From NCBI RefSeq assembly GCF_001194135.2, contig NC_068993.1:11160351-11224350 (forward strand): 64,000 bases of DNA. The letters run 5' to 3'. The notes under the pieces are model-generated. The model made no database searches and was not told the DNA's origin. It worked only from the letters and a program-made list of their open reading frames with translations. This document shows, in pieces, positions 1 to 12,944 of this stretch. The position numbers were made by a program, and so were the translations under genes. The stretch's first letter is position 1; every line of letters begins with the position of its first letter. This stretch comes from Octopus bimaculoides (Eukaryota).

Positions 1-1510
1 AAAGCATGCAGGACCAAGAAGTAACATACTGAATGACCTTAAAAGATGCAAAAGATGCGCGTTATTTGTACAAACGTGCCGCAAGACTTTACTCTACAGC
101 TTGGAACATACATATTTGAATATATAAATACACTCATTCACTTCTATATATCAAGATATCGATTTACTCTTGCAAGTTCTTCGGTAATTGTTCCTGGAGT
201 GGGCGTAAGTTGGAAGAATGTAAGAAAATGCGATGTAAAGCAATTTATGTAACAATTAACCAAAAAAAAAAAAGCAAAAGTTTACGTTTAATCAACACTA
301 AGTGCAGCAATGAGAATATGGTATTGCAAAAATATTTTGGTTGCGTGAATGTTAGAAATTGTCTGAGGTATATTTGATTATTAGGTTGCAAATCTACTGA
401 ACAAGTTCTGTCAGTCTGGATCGTTTTTCTTTCTTCAAAGATATTACATACATTGTTATATAATGATAATTCGTTGCATGTGCTGAAATTACGGAAGGAA
501 TATGAACTATAGTTCACTTGGTTTGACTGACTTCTCGTTCGATTTTGTTGACTTCATATTTGGTTCCGGCTTTCATATTAAGCTAAGGATGATTTTACAA
601 TTGAGAACCTGAAATTATACTAGTTATTAGATTAAAATATACTGTATGTTTGTATATATGTATGTATTTATGTATGTATATATTCATGTATGTATCTGTC
701 TATCTCTGTATATGTATATATATATATATACATATATATATNNNNNNNNNNNNNNNNNNNNNNNNNNNNNNNNNNNNNNNNNNNNNNNNNNNNNNNNNNN
801 NNNNNNNNNNNNNNNNNNNNNNNNNNNNNNNNNNNNNNNNNNNNNNNNNNNNNNNNNNNNNNNNNNNNNNNNNNNNNNNNNNNNNNNNNNNNNNNNNNNN
901 NNNNNNNNNNNNNNNATATATGCATATATATATATATATATATATAAAATGAAATAAAATATTGGTGATCATTATTTTGTTATTTTTGTTTAGTTTTGTC
1001 GTTTCAACGTTAAGGTCATCAACAAAAGTTATCGACGCTCGTGGGTACATCCTGAAAAGAAGTTATTTCGTTATGCATTCAACGAAATATTTTATAGTAG
1101 AAGAGAATTACTTTGGCTGTCTTTCTCTCCAGACAACCTAAATTTCTGCAAGGATGTCAAAGACCTACGCTGGAAGGAAAGCCGTATTTGAATGCGTGCC
1201 AGTCCAATAGCGGCTTCTGAAGCAGAGTTTAAAATGTTTCCGCAACAAATATGGCTGAATTCCAATCAAAAGACGAGTGCAAGAGTGTAACAGAGGTTTA
1301 AGAGATATTCACTTTAATCGTGAAGAAAACGTATCGCATTATGTGAATTTGCTCTGTGGTCGGTAAGGTGTGTGCACAAAATATATCGGTTGTTTAGGTA
1401 TTTAGGACAGCAAAAAGTAGAGTGGTATTCGAGAGGAGTTATAGAAGTTTAAAAAATGGCATCAAGGAGTTTTAGTTGACAGATAAGCAATATTACCTGC
1501 TACCCTTATA

Positions 1511-1723
1511 CAGGGTGTCCACAAGGTCTGGGTACATTGAGTAAATAAAATCATAACATAAACAATTAATTATAAGAAATAATAATTTGTTAAAGTATGT
1601 GTTAATCCCCATGTGGGCACATGGACTAAATAAAATCATAACATATACAATTAAAATATAAGAAATAATAATTTCTTAAAGTATGTGTTAATCCCCATGT
1701 ACCCAGACTTTCTGGACAACCTG
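1511..1723. mobile_element. Tc1/mariner-type MITE (213 bp) with TA target duplication
   Basis: TA|CAGGGTGTCCACAAGGTCTGGGTACAT ... ATGTACCCAGACTTTCTGGACAACCTG|TA gives ~27-bp imperfect TIRs flanked by TA. There is an internal ~73-bp tandem duplication (1542-1614 / 1627-1700). Confidence 0.85.
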
Positions 1724-1759
1724 TATATCAAATTCGTCCTGCTGGAACAAAGAAATCGC

Positions 1760-1900
1760 CATTGTAGGCATAGTTGCTTGCAATCTCGAGCTTCGGGTTG
1801 AGATCCACTGTGTTGAACGTTGGACAAGCGTCTTCTACCATCGCCCTGGACCGAATGGTGCCTTATGAGAGAATTCTTTTGTTGACGGAAACTGTGTGAA
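1760..1900 (+). mobile_element. Diverged 5' part of SINE family 1
   Basis: Aligns by eye to the 5' half of the copy at 1936 (gggttgagatccactg...ggacaagcgtcttctac...gacggaaactg). Confidence 0.6.
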
Positions 1901-1935
1901 GTTTTGTACACTGGTTACATATGTTTCACTATATA

Positions 1936-2345
1936 GGCGCAGGCGTGGTTGTGTGGTAAGACGCTTGCTTCCTGACCACATGGCTTTGGGTTCAGTCCCT
2001 TTGGTTCACTTTGGGCAAGTACCTTGTACTAGAGTCTCGGGCCGACCAAAGCTTTGTGAGTGGATTTGGTAAATGGAAATTGAAAGAAGCCCGTCATATG
2101 TAATTGTATATGTATAAATACATGTGTGTGTGTGTGTGTGTTTTTGTTTGTACTTGTCCCCTACCGCTTGAAAACAAACCTGGTGGTGGTGTGATTACTT
2201 CCCCGTTATCTAGCAGCTCGGCAAAAGTAACCGATAGACTAAGTACCAAGTTTTAAAAAAATAATTACTGCCTTCGATTAATTAGACTAAAAATTCTTCA
2301 AGGTAGCGCCCCAGCATGGCCGCAGTCTTATGATTGAAACAAATA
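1936..2345 (+). mobile_element. Full-length tRNA-derived SINE (family 1) with internal (TA)/(TG) microsatellite
   Basis: Pol III A-box-like TGGTTGTGTGG and B-box-like GGTTCAGTCCC. The body and 3' tail (ccagcatggccgcagtc...tgaaac) recur at 58519, 17000, 6630, 6261(-) and 24850. Confidence 0.85.
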
Positions 2346-2603
2346 AACAACAACAACAAAAAGATAAAAAAATCAGTTACGCTTACTGTACGTTCTGATG
2401 CAAAGGATGTGGGATTATGTGCTGAAATGTACTGATTGAGAAATAAGCGTTTCTTTTAAAAATATGGAATATTTCTGTTGCCTTTTTGCTTCCAAAATAG
2501 CAAATAATTATTCACTTAGAAATATTCCTCAGAAATATTCCAAAACTGGCTTAAATTCTTATGTCATCGAACTAAGGTGGTCAGCATAATTTTCTCCTCT
2601 TTT

Positions 2604-2657
<54 letters not shown>

Positions 2658-4566
2658 GCCTCAGTTCTCTCTCACTCCTTCACTATCAAGCTTTCCCCCC
2701 ATCACCCCCTAATACTTCATCGCAGTGCTCCTTCGTGATTTACCATTATTTATGAAGCACGTTTCAATGGTAATAAATACAAGTCATAGAAGTTCAAAGA
2801 AAGTGAAAATTAAGCTATATATTTTTCGTTTGGCATCTAAACGGGAAACGATATCCATGTATCAACTATTAATTAGTGACCTGAAGTCGTAATCAGAGAG
2901 AGAAAGACGCAATCCTTACATCTACTTAAATTTCATACGCAGGTCTACATCAATCAACAGTTAGTTACGTCTTGCTTTTACAACTCACTAATGACACATG
3001 ACATGGCTCTATATCTGCCCGTAGATATCACGGTACACGAGTCAAAGAGGAAAAAAAAAAAAACAGAAACAGTGAAAAAAAGAAACAAAATATGCTAAAC
3101 AAAAAAACAAACAAACAAACAACAAATGCACAAACAAAAACGATAGTAAAATAAACAAACAAAATAAATTCCTTCTTGAAATAGTTGCTTGTGTAAGTTC
3201 AGAAATTTTAGTGTCAAATACTGTTAGAATCGATGTACGGTTTCGATATATCAGAATAATGGTAGCACTGATTTTCTTTCAATATATCTTGGGATCCATA
3301 GAAGCAGTAGAGCAACAGGTAAAATGTCTGGAGATGATTTAGCTGCTTCTCTTTATGTTTAGCAAGTTTTTACTCACGCGTTGGTAACAGTCACTCAAGA
3401 TTTTTTTTTACATATAGATCGAACTCGAAGCCACGAAAACGCCAGGCGAATTTCTTAACTAAATCAACAGCCATTATCTCCGAGTACTCAGTGTTGAAGA
3501 TTTACTGAGTAATAAGATCGCAGTGAAACAGATTGAGCAATAGTGCCACGCTACTATTTTATTCTCATCGAAGCGAGAACAATGAAATAGAATATGTACA
3601 CCTTTCTGCTAGCATGTAAATTGAAAAATCCGTACAAGATCAATATTGAATACTCTGGTGATGCTTTAAGTCTATTACTTCACCGTTTTTGCCAACAAGT
3701 CTTCCTTACAAAGATTAATATGGAGTTGATTTGACCAGGCATGCGGCCAACATCCTCATGGGTTGGGTAGAAATAACTGAATCAATCTCTGTTGAAAGAC
3801 TTTTAAACTGCTTCCCTTACAAACATTAATATTGTATGTTTTGTTGACTGAAACGTATTGTAGTCAATAACAACATACCCTGAAGATTTGCCTAAAGAAG
3901 AATTAATTACAGTTATCTTACGCAATTACTTTGTATTGTTTCTCTTGCTTTATTTATTTCTATCTAGTTTTCTATGTTTGTTTATTTTCTTCTTTGTTTT
4001 TCGAAATTTGTTTTGAATTTGTATTGCTTTAACTGTTGGATATAATTAAGTATCACAGGCAAACAAATGCAGTGCAAAGAGCTCGTTTCTGAAATACTTC
4101 TTTTATCATCTCTAAACAATACACACAAACACATACACACGTACACAGAAACACTTACGCTGATGCAGATATACATACGCATGCACACACACAGGAGATA
4201 CATTACAATAACATTGAAACAACATTCTGCAGTTCAAATATATGATCGCAAAAGGCCAAATGCAAATAATATGGCACAAAATACACTGCCTTATAAAAAC
4301 CTGTTACCATACGAATATTGATACTCACACACACGCACAAGCTCAAGATATGGCTTAGAAGAGGATTCTAGATGGATGAATGATTTGTTAGAAATAGTAG
4401 TTAATTTTCTCGTTTCAACAGTCACTGTCTAAATATCGGGAGGAACCAATGGACGACGTTGTACCTGATATTCATAAAGATGGCTAGGTAACAACTGAAA
4501 TGTATTTGACATTACAAAACACCATTAGGAGTAACTTGTAAATGACATTTTTCACACACACACACG

Positions 4567-4618
<52 letters not shown>

Positions 4619-6260
4619 GGCGCGTTGCATGAAGGGGGAACAAAAAAAACAACTTTTCAGAGCCGTGAATGTTTGTAGCGTCTCTAACAGCAATAGGATG
4701 GGAAGTTGGCAATCTTCTACGTAATTTTGTAGACAGGACTTCATTTAACATAAAGGTCGGCGGACAATTATTTATTATTTTCCCTAATATTTTATCAGTT
4801 GTGCATCTACGCCCTCACATACAAATCAGAATACTTGTAATATCACATTAGTTGCTGTATCGGCAACAAAGAAAGTTATAATCAAATTTGATATGTTCAA
4901 ATAAAGATAACAGAACAGAGTATTTACTTCCAGTAATTTCTATCGTTAGCTTTCATGCCAGAGGATATGTTATCTTGCTAGTAAATACAATACTCTCTTA
5001 TGCTGAGAAAATTTTTTAAATTGTCAACATTTCCATTTGCAGGCACCCTCATCCCTTTGTTAACGATTCACATCGTTACGACCAGGATCCATCATGTGTT
5101 TTAAGTAGTTTGATATTTTACAACCTACGTTTTAGTCGGAATGTTGCATCTTCGTGCTTAGACGACACAAATGAAGTTTCTAACCGCCAACAGAGATGTG
5201 AGATTTGAATTCTCATTAGATTTAACAGTAAAAATGCACGTATCAGCCATGACTTGATATTATTTCATTATCATGAACTAACCAGAGCCATTTTATGGGA
5301 ATCTAACCAACTACAATTAGCAATCACATTTCTATCTAATTAACCTCTAATATCCAAGAAAAAGAGCTCTTTGATTGGATGGTCAGTAACTGAGGAAAAA
5401 ACTGTTTAATCTCATATCGAAAATATTTTATTACAGCTCATATTGACCAGGGCTAACTTAAGGTTAAAATAACGAATTCACGTTTCCTTTAGTCTCCAGT
5501 TAAATATCAAATCCTTATCCTATGATTGTCGAATATATCTCGTGGCGATGATCGCTATTACGTGGCAATGATTAACTTTTGGTTGTAATTTTTGAGATTT
5601 TTTTGTGTACACGAAAGTTAAAGAAAGATTTGTTTTATCCGTAGTTAGTTATTTTAATCTTGTTTGCACTTTTCTAGACATCGATTTCAGCAATGTAATG
5701 TTACTAATTACTTAAGTGTATGAACAGACGCTTATATAATATTTCATTTAGACTGTAAATGATTTCGTTTTCCGTTTAACACATATGTCTATTAAATTTA
5801 ATTGTGTCCCGTTACGCCTCAGCCTTTTCCCTAATATCTCGGGAGAAAGCAAAAACAAGAGAAAAACAAAGCAAAATGAAACGACAAAAGTATTATTTTA
5901 CTTAATACATTGATAACAAATTGGAAAATTGAACAGTCTGTGTGCGAGAAGCACTAGAAGTAACAAGAAGATTGAAGCTAAAAATGGAATCTCTTAGAGG
6001 CACAATCTGCCAAAATCAGCTGCCAAAATCTCACAAATCACAAAGTACAGTGTTAAGAAAAGAAGGTCTCATATGATAATATAGACAAAGAGACACCACG
6101 TCTGAAATATAAAGGAGGCGATCAAGGTAGAGAGACCTCGATTATTAGTTTGCCTCGTTTTTGCTTTTGTTTCCTTTGGAAAGTGTTTTTTTCAATATAT
6201 ATTTTTCTTTCATTCTTTTTCTTTCATTCTTCTTTCTTTCATTCTCTTTTCTTTCATTCA

Positions 6261-6340
6261 TGTTTCAGTCATTTGAGTGCGGCCATGATGGAGCACCGCC
6301 TTGAAGGGTTTCAGTCGAACAAATCGACTGAAAGATTTAT
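6261..6340 (-). mobile_element. SINE family 1, 3' tail fragment
   Basis: Reverse complement reads gtcgatttgttcgactgaaacccttcaaggcggtgctccatcatggccgcactcaaatgactgaaaca, matching the family-1 tail. Confidence 0.8.
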
Positions 6341-6629
6341 TTTTTAATTGACTAAAAGACTTGTTTTTTAAGCCTATATATATATATATATACATACAGT
6401 GTACATTTAAACACATAAGAGAGATGTCCACAATAGGAGATCTAACCCGCTAGAAGGGGAAGTCAAACTCCAAACAACAATTAGGGATAATTTCGAAAGG
6501 GAATGAAAAATAAAAACATTTACCATCTATTTCGTGAACCAATGTTTCAAGCTATTTTTAGTGAAATAAAATAATTTGCAAGGCCAGCTATCATCAGCAG
6601 GAGAGCCAAGATTAACACATAAATGTTTC

Positions 6630-6785
6630 GTAACTTAGCGCCTCGGTAAGCAAATTCTCAACAAAATAAGTATTAGGCTTAACAAGAGGAAAAGAAAATT
6701 TAATGGGGTCGATTTGTCCGACGAAAACAGTTTCTCAATGTAGTGCAACAGCATGGCCGCCATCTAACGGCTGAAACAAAAGCAA
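6630..6785 (+). mobile_element. SINE family 1, 3' half
   Basis: cgtaacttagcg...aataagtattaggctt...ggggtcgatttgtccgac...cagcatggccgcc...ggctgaaacaa. Confidence 0.75.
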
Positions 6786-7150
6786 CATGGAAGACGAAAC
6801 TGAGCTCAACTACAACAAGAGAAAGAACATCAGTCAAAACCATCCACAAAAAGCAGCTGGATTATTGGTGCTAGTATAAGTAGGATTAAGAGTGATTGGA
6901 GGTACTTACTTAACACCTTGTCTTGTAACTCCTTTGGTAATATCTCAACATAGCCTGTCGCCAGATTTCTAATTATTTTTGGTTGGCAGCTTGGTAATTG
7001 CTGGTTCTTTGAGAGCCGTTTTTACAACGAGTTTCAGCCGTGTTTCGTGAGGCGTTGGTCTGATGGCAGGTTTCTGATTGAGACGTTGACAATTACCAAT
7101 TCCTTGCGTGACAGCATACATACATACATGCAGATGTATGTATGTATACT

Positions 7151-7204
<54 letters not shown>

Positions 7205-7239
7205 GATACACACACACACACACACACGCACACACACAC

Positions 7240-7284
<45 letters not shown>

Positions 7285-7345
7285 CTTTTATTTACATACA
7301 TAATGCATGCATACATACATACACATATATATAAATTTGCACACA

Positions 7346-7420
<75 letters not shown>

Positions 7421-8492
7421 TTATATATATATGAACCAACATTTCTGGAATTGAATATTTTCTGTCTCTCTTATAGGTAATTTATCCAAATTTACTTGAA
7501 ATTATTTGACTACATTTGATTTACGCATAAACCATCGATAATACTAAACCGATTAGAAGAAATCTTTAAACACAATTATTTTCTACATTTTACATGGTGA
7601 CACTTTCATTGTTACTTCAGTTATTTTCCAGAAGGCAATGATTCGCTGAAGTGGTAAGAATAAGAGCGAAACCTGTCTGCTGAATGATTCCGTCATCGCT
7701 GGAAAAATGGACATATAATTAAGTATCGGATTTACTAATTTCTGTAAATGAAAATTTGGTCAGTTATTGAGTAATATGTATTATTTTACTCACTGTAAAT
7801 TTATTTACAATTTGGTTTTTAATGCTGTAACCCATTAACTTCGCTAACACTAACTTAATTGCAAAGTGAGACAGAGTGCGACACGAAAGATCATTAAATT
7901 TAAGCAAGTTACGTGGCGCAAAACCATAACTTCCCTCGAGGATAAATAAATTAATAATTTGATGAATCAACTATTGACCTTCGTTCGAGATTCAATCTCA
8001 GAACTAAAATTTACCAAACTATAATAATTATGTGAATGTTACCTTAGTCTCTCAACCATCTAAATTGAATTTTCTGCTGGTGAGGAATAACAACGGATTA
8101 CGTTATCTCAGTGTCTTTCACAACATAAAACCTGGCATCAGTAATAACTTATATACTGAAGATTGAAAGAGATGGAGAGAAGTCGAGAGAGAAAGAAAGA
8201 GTGAGAAAGAGAGAGTTTGAGAAAGAGACAGAGAGAGAGGAAGGGAGGGAAAGAGGGAGGGACAACAGCCTTAGTCAAGCGAGGTTATGCATTTCATTGT
8301 GAATACACCCATTAAATACATAACGCATTATTGACAATCACATCATTGAGATGAACTAGTTACGACTACCAATACTTAATATTGGTTTCAAAGTTTGGCA
8401 CAAGGCCAGCAATTTCGAAGGGGAAGCAATTCAATTACATCGACCTTGTTGTTCATACACCTGTTTTCGTCTTTTGTTTCTGCAAATTTCAG

Positions 8493-8526
<34 letters not shown>

Positions 8527-8891
8527 NNNNNNNNNNNNNNNNNNNNNNNNNNNNNNNNNNNNNNNNNNNNNNNNNNNNNNNNNNNNNNNNNNNNNNNNNN
8601 NNNNNNNNNNNNNNNNNNNNNNNNNNNNNNNNNNNNNNNNNNNNNNNNNNNNNNNNNNNNNNNNNNNNNNNNNNNNNNNNNNNNNNNNNNNNNNNNNNNN
8701 NNNNNNNNNNNNNNNNNNNNNNNNNNNNNNNNNNNNNNNNNNNNNNNNNNNNNNNNNNNNNNNNNNNNNNNNNNNNNNNNGTGAAAAACAGCCTGAAGGA
8801 GGAAAATTCTTCATATATATATATAGCAGATCCCAAAATAACATTACAGAAGAAAAAAAGAGAAAGGAACACTTAATCCAGCGAGAAAAGT

Positions 8892-8923
<32 letters not shown>

Positions 8924-9068
8924 CGACGGGCTTCCACACAGTCTTCGTCAACGAAATTTACCTACATAAAATATGTCGGCCCGGCGTTATAGACAGAAAA
9001 CACTTGCCCAGGGTGTCTCAAAGTGAGACTAATTCTGAAAGTACATGTTTTCAATGTGAGCTTACCCA
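8924..9068 (-). mobile_element. SINE family 1, 5' half
   Basis: cgacgggcttcc...gtcggcccggcgttatag...aacacttgcccagggtg is the reverse complement of the family-1 head and body. It ends in (TA)n next to a gap. Confidence 0.75.
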
Positions 9069-10233
9069 TAAAATGAACAATACAATTTATTACACATGAG
9101 ATCATGAAATACCAGCCAGTTCTCTATTTGTGTAAATTTTATCGTTATAAACCTCTTTTGAAAATATCCCTGATCTTGTTTTCGTGCAAGGAATTACTGT
9201 CTAGCAACGGATAATCAATGATTGAGCGAATACATTAAGGTAAGTGTCATGTAGACGTGGTAATCTTCTCGTGTGTTGAACCCCCTAGCCTGATTTAAAT
9301 TATCTTTGAGCGATTTCAATTGTCTCGTGTCTGTACAGAAGGGCAAAACTGAATAGCCTAAAGAGGGACGCGCTACTATTAGACAAAACTTAACCTTGAT
9401 ACGTTACACGAATACAATGTTTCCAGTGTTGCCTCCTGCCAACAATTCCACTAAATGGTTATGGGACATTAAAAATTCACTTCGTTTTCAAATACGTTAA
9501 CAGTTTCTCATCTTATCTTACTCATGCGTCTGCCATTGACAACCAACCGCAACTTCTCAGCCAAGAGGGTTAAGTTTAGCAATTTAACATTCCAAGCCTA
9601 ACGTCAGCTGTCATCACTAATACACATAGATTACGAAATGATGTATTAAATAAGAATCGGAATATTAATGCAAGTCGAAATATTTTATCAACGAAAAATC
9701 AATTTAGAATCTCCTCCTTTTAATAGAGCTGAGACGGATATGCTTTCGTGCACGTTTTGAAATGCCAGAGGCAATTTCTTTACAAAGTGCCAACTCAATG
9801 CCGACCTACATTTACTTATTTACATTAGTTTAATGACGATTTACTGGTGGCAAATGGACGGTATATGAGTAAAATCATAATTTTGAATTCTGAATATATT
9901 TCTAAACTTCTCTCTTCTCGAACACTTAGGATAAACGTACAAGGGGAAATTTATGTACAAGATCACGTGTAGACATTTATGCAAATATTGATTTCTTTTC
10001 CAAGGGCACAAGAAGAAGAATTTATATGAAAACGGAATATTGGAAGTCTCTCTCCTTCTCTCTTAGGCTTGCGTTCTCTCATTCCCCACCTTTCTTTCCC
10101 TCTCTTTGCTGAGAGGTCAACAAAGTAAGCGGGAATTGGATAATGTCAACAGGGAAACGAAACAAGATCTACGACTCACTCACCAGAAGATGGCTTTCCA
10201 CATTCAAGTGTTTACTGCGTTACACACACACAC

Positions 10234-10284
<51 letters not shown>

Positions 10285-10349
10285 TACACACAGACACACA
10301 CAAACACACACTCACACTCACACATTCAATAAAAAATTACAAGCAGTGC

Positions 10350-10568
10350 TAGTGATGTAAACATTATCGATCGCACATACTCAATCAACGTGTTGCGTGT
10401 GTTAGTCGCATTCGCTGCGACATAGCGCTTGGGGACTATCCCTGATAGCTCTTGATGTCAAAACACCTAAATAAAGTCAAAATGCCCAAGCGCTCTCTCA
10501 CCGTGAATCCGGCGAACAAGCAAAACACATACATTGAATACGTGCAATCGATAATGTTTACACCACTG
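10350..10568. mobile_element. MITE-like element with ~37-bp TIRs (hAT-like TAGTG/CAGTG ends)
   Basis: Left end TAGTGATGTAAACATTATCGATCGCACATACTCAAT matches the reverse complement of the right end, CAGTGGTGTAAACATTATCGATTGCACGTATTCAAT. No clear TSD. Confidence 0.65.
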
Positions 10569-10900
10569 GAACTGATTTTAATTCGTTATTGAATTTATTT
10601 TTACATGTACATCACCGTGGCACATCAGCAAATAATTCTGACACTATTTATATATAGTGACAGACTGGCGATCCGATTATTCAGGTACGTGATGTTGATA
10701 AGGCACAAATGTGCGAAATATCAGCATCCATCACTCCTGGATTCATTCTGGGGCGTGTTGTCTCTTCTCTCTATGACATCCACCTTTATCAATGGTATTC
10801 CGCAGCAAACCCGGCGAAGAAACAATACACATACACTGAGTATTTGCGATCGATAACATTTATATGTCTGTGTTTACATATATATATATATATATATATG

Positions 10901-11168
10901 CAGAGGGGCTGGACAAAATAATGGAAACACCTAAAAATTTGAGACAAATTTATTTTAATAGGAGTTGGACCGTCTTTGGCAGTAATTACAGCTTGAATTC
11001 TACTATGTATGAACTCAACTGTTTCCCTCGGAATTTTTTGTCAATTCTTCAGCTAAAACAGTCTCCAGTTCTTGTAGTGATGATGGCAGAGGATATCGAC
11101 TCCTTTCTCTAAAATGCGCCATAAATGTTCAAGAATATTGAGATCTGAGGACTGTGGGGGCCAGATAA
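10901..11168 (-). mobile_element. Tc1 transposon 3' remnant (transposase C-terminus + terminal repeat)
   Basis: Minus-strand translation IWPPQSSDLNILEHLWRILEKGV...RIQAVITAKDGPTP matches the Tc1 WPxQSPDLNPIExLW and AVIxAKGGxT motifs. The terminus CAGAGGGGCTGGACAAAATAATGGAAACACC at 10901 lies next to (TA)n. Confidence 0.85.
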
Positions 11169-11171
11169 GAT

Positions 11172-11212
11172 GTAGTAGTAGTAGCAGGAAGATTAGTAGT
11201 ATTAGAAGTAGC

Positions 11213-11271
<59 letters not shown>

Positions 11272-12352
11272 TAGTAGTAGTAGTAGTAGTAGGAGGAGGA
11301 TGAGGAGCACTACTACAAACATTAGCAGAAGAAGGAAGGAAAGGAAAAACGGAAAAGAGGAAGAAGTAGAAGGATAAAAAAGATGAGACAGGGAAAGTAA
11401 GTACAAGACGAAACTGACCGTAGCAGTATGATGATGATGATGATGACGAAGTTGATGATGACCATCGTCATCATCGTCATCACTACACTTAACAGCAGCA
11501 GCAAACCTGTCTTTATCATCAGCACCACTATCACCATCACCAACATCATCATTAGCACCATCACCACCACTATGACCATCATCATCGTCGTGGTCGTCAT
11601 TGATATCGTCATCATCGTTGTCGTCCTTTTCCTCCTCCCCTTCGTCGTCGTCGTCGTCCTCCTTCTTTCTCCTCATCTTCTTCATCATCATCATCATCAT
11701 CACTGTGATGCTCTTTGTCGTCATTGTCGCCCTTTGTCATCGTCGTAGGAATTATCATCATTATCATAATCACCAGCACCATCGTCATCGTCATCATCAT
11801 CATCATCAACGTCATCATCATTAATCATTATCACCATCATCGTCGTCGTCGTCGACGTCACCAGCCCCTCATCATCATCATTGTCGTCATCGTCGTCATC
11901 ATCATCATCAAACTCTTCCTCCTGCTCCACCTCCTCCTCCCCTCCTCCCCTCCTCCCCTCCTNNNNNNNNNNNNNNNNNNNNNNNNNNNNNNNNNNNNNN
12001 NNNNNNNNNNNNNNNNNNNNNNNNNNNNNNNNNNNNNNNNNNNNNNNNNNNNNNNNNNNNNNNNNNNNNNNNNNNNNNNNNNNNNNNNNNNNNNNNNNNN
12101 NNNNNNNNNNNNNNNNNNNNNNNNNNNNNNNNNNNNNNNNNNNNNNNNNNNNNNNNNNNNNNNNNNNNNNNNNNNNNNNNNNNNNNNNNNNNNNNNNNNN
12201 NNNNNNNNNNNNNNNNNNNNNNNNNNNNNNNNNNNNNNNNNNNNNNNNNNNNNNNNNNNNNNNNNNNNNNNNNNNNNNNNNNNNNNNNNNNNNNNNNNNN
12301 NNNNNNNNNNNNNNNNNNNNNNNNNNNCATCATCGTCGTCATCATCATCATC

Positions 12353-12383
<31 letters not shown>

Positions 12384-12495
12384 TCATCATCATCTACATC
12401 ACCATCATCATCATCATCCTCATCATCATCATCGTCGTCATCATCATCATCATCACCATCATCACCATGACCATCATCACCATCATCATCATCAA
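11172..12495. repeat. Compound trinucleotide tract (AGT)n/(ATG)n/(ATC)n/(GTC)n/(CCT)n with internal gap
   Basis: Directly visible. It is the source of the poly-S/D/H/I ORFs in the track. Confidence 0.95.
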
Positions 12496-12854
12496 CCTCG
12501 TTTCGCAACATACAACCGATATTATCTTACCACGTAATCGAACACCATATTATAACATCACGTAACGAGATAAACCAGAAAATCTCTTACTATGAATTTG
12601 TTTTGTGCTGATTCAGTTAATCCTTGGCTAACTTCACCAAATTTGATTGTCGAGGTCAGACAATCGTCCCTCGTTTTGTCGTAATGAGAAACAGCACAAT
12701 ATCGATTCGTTACGCTGCGCTGTTATGTATGATGTATTGCTGATCTTTATGTACAGTTACCGTGTCTTGGATGCGGCGATAATGTTGATATCTTGCTAGT
12801 GAATGTGTCTTGGAGATGTTATCGCAATGATTGCGAATATACATAAATACGGGG

Positions 12855-12888
<34 letters not shown>

Positions 12889-12900
12889 GCACACACACAC

Positions 12901-12944
<44 letters not shown>

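Noticed and set aside
1936-2010. tRNA-like sequences at SINE heads (also 24582, 56368, 58519)
   Set aside because: They have A/B boxes but no complete cloverleaf, and they continue into SINE bodies, so they are not tRNA genes.
9191-9239. Exon-like segment with a strong AAG|gtaagt donor
   Set aside because: It has stops in all three frames. It could only be a UTR exon and there is no other support.
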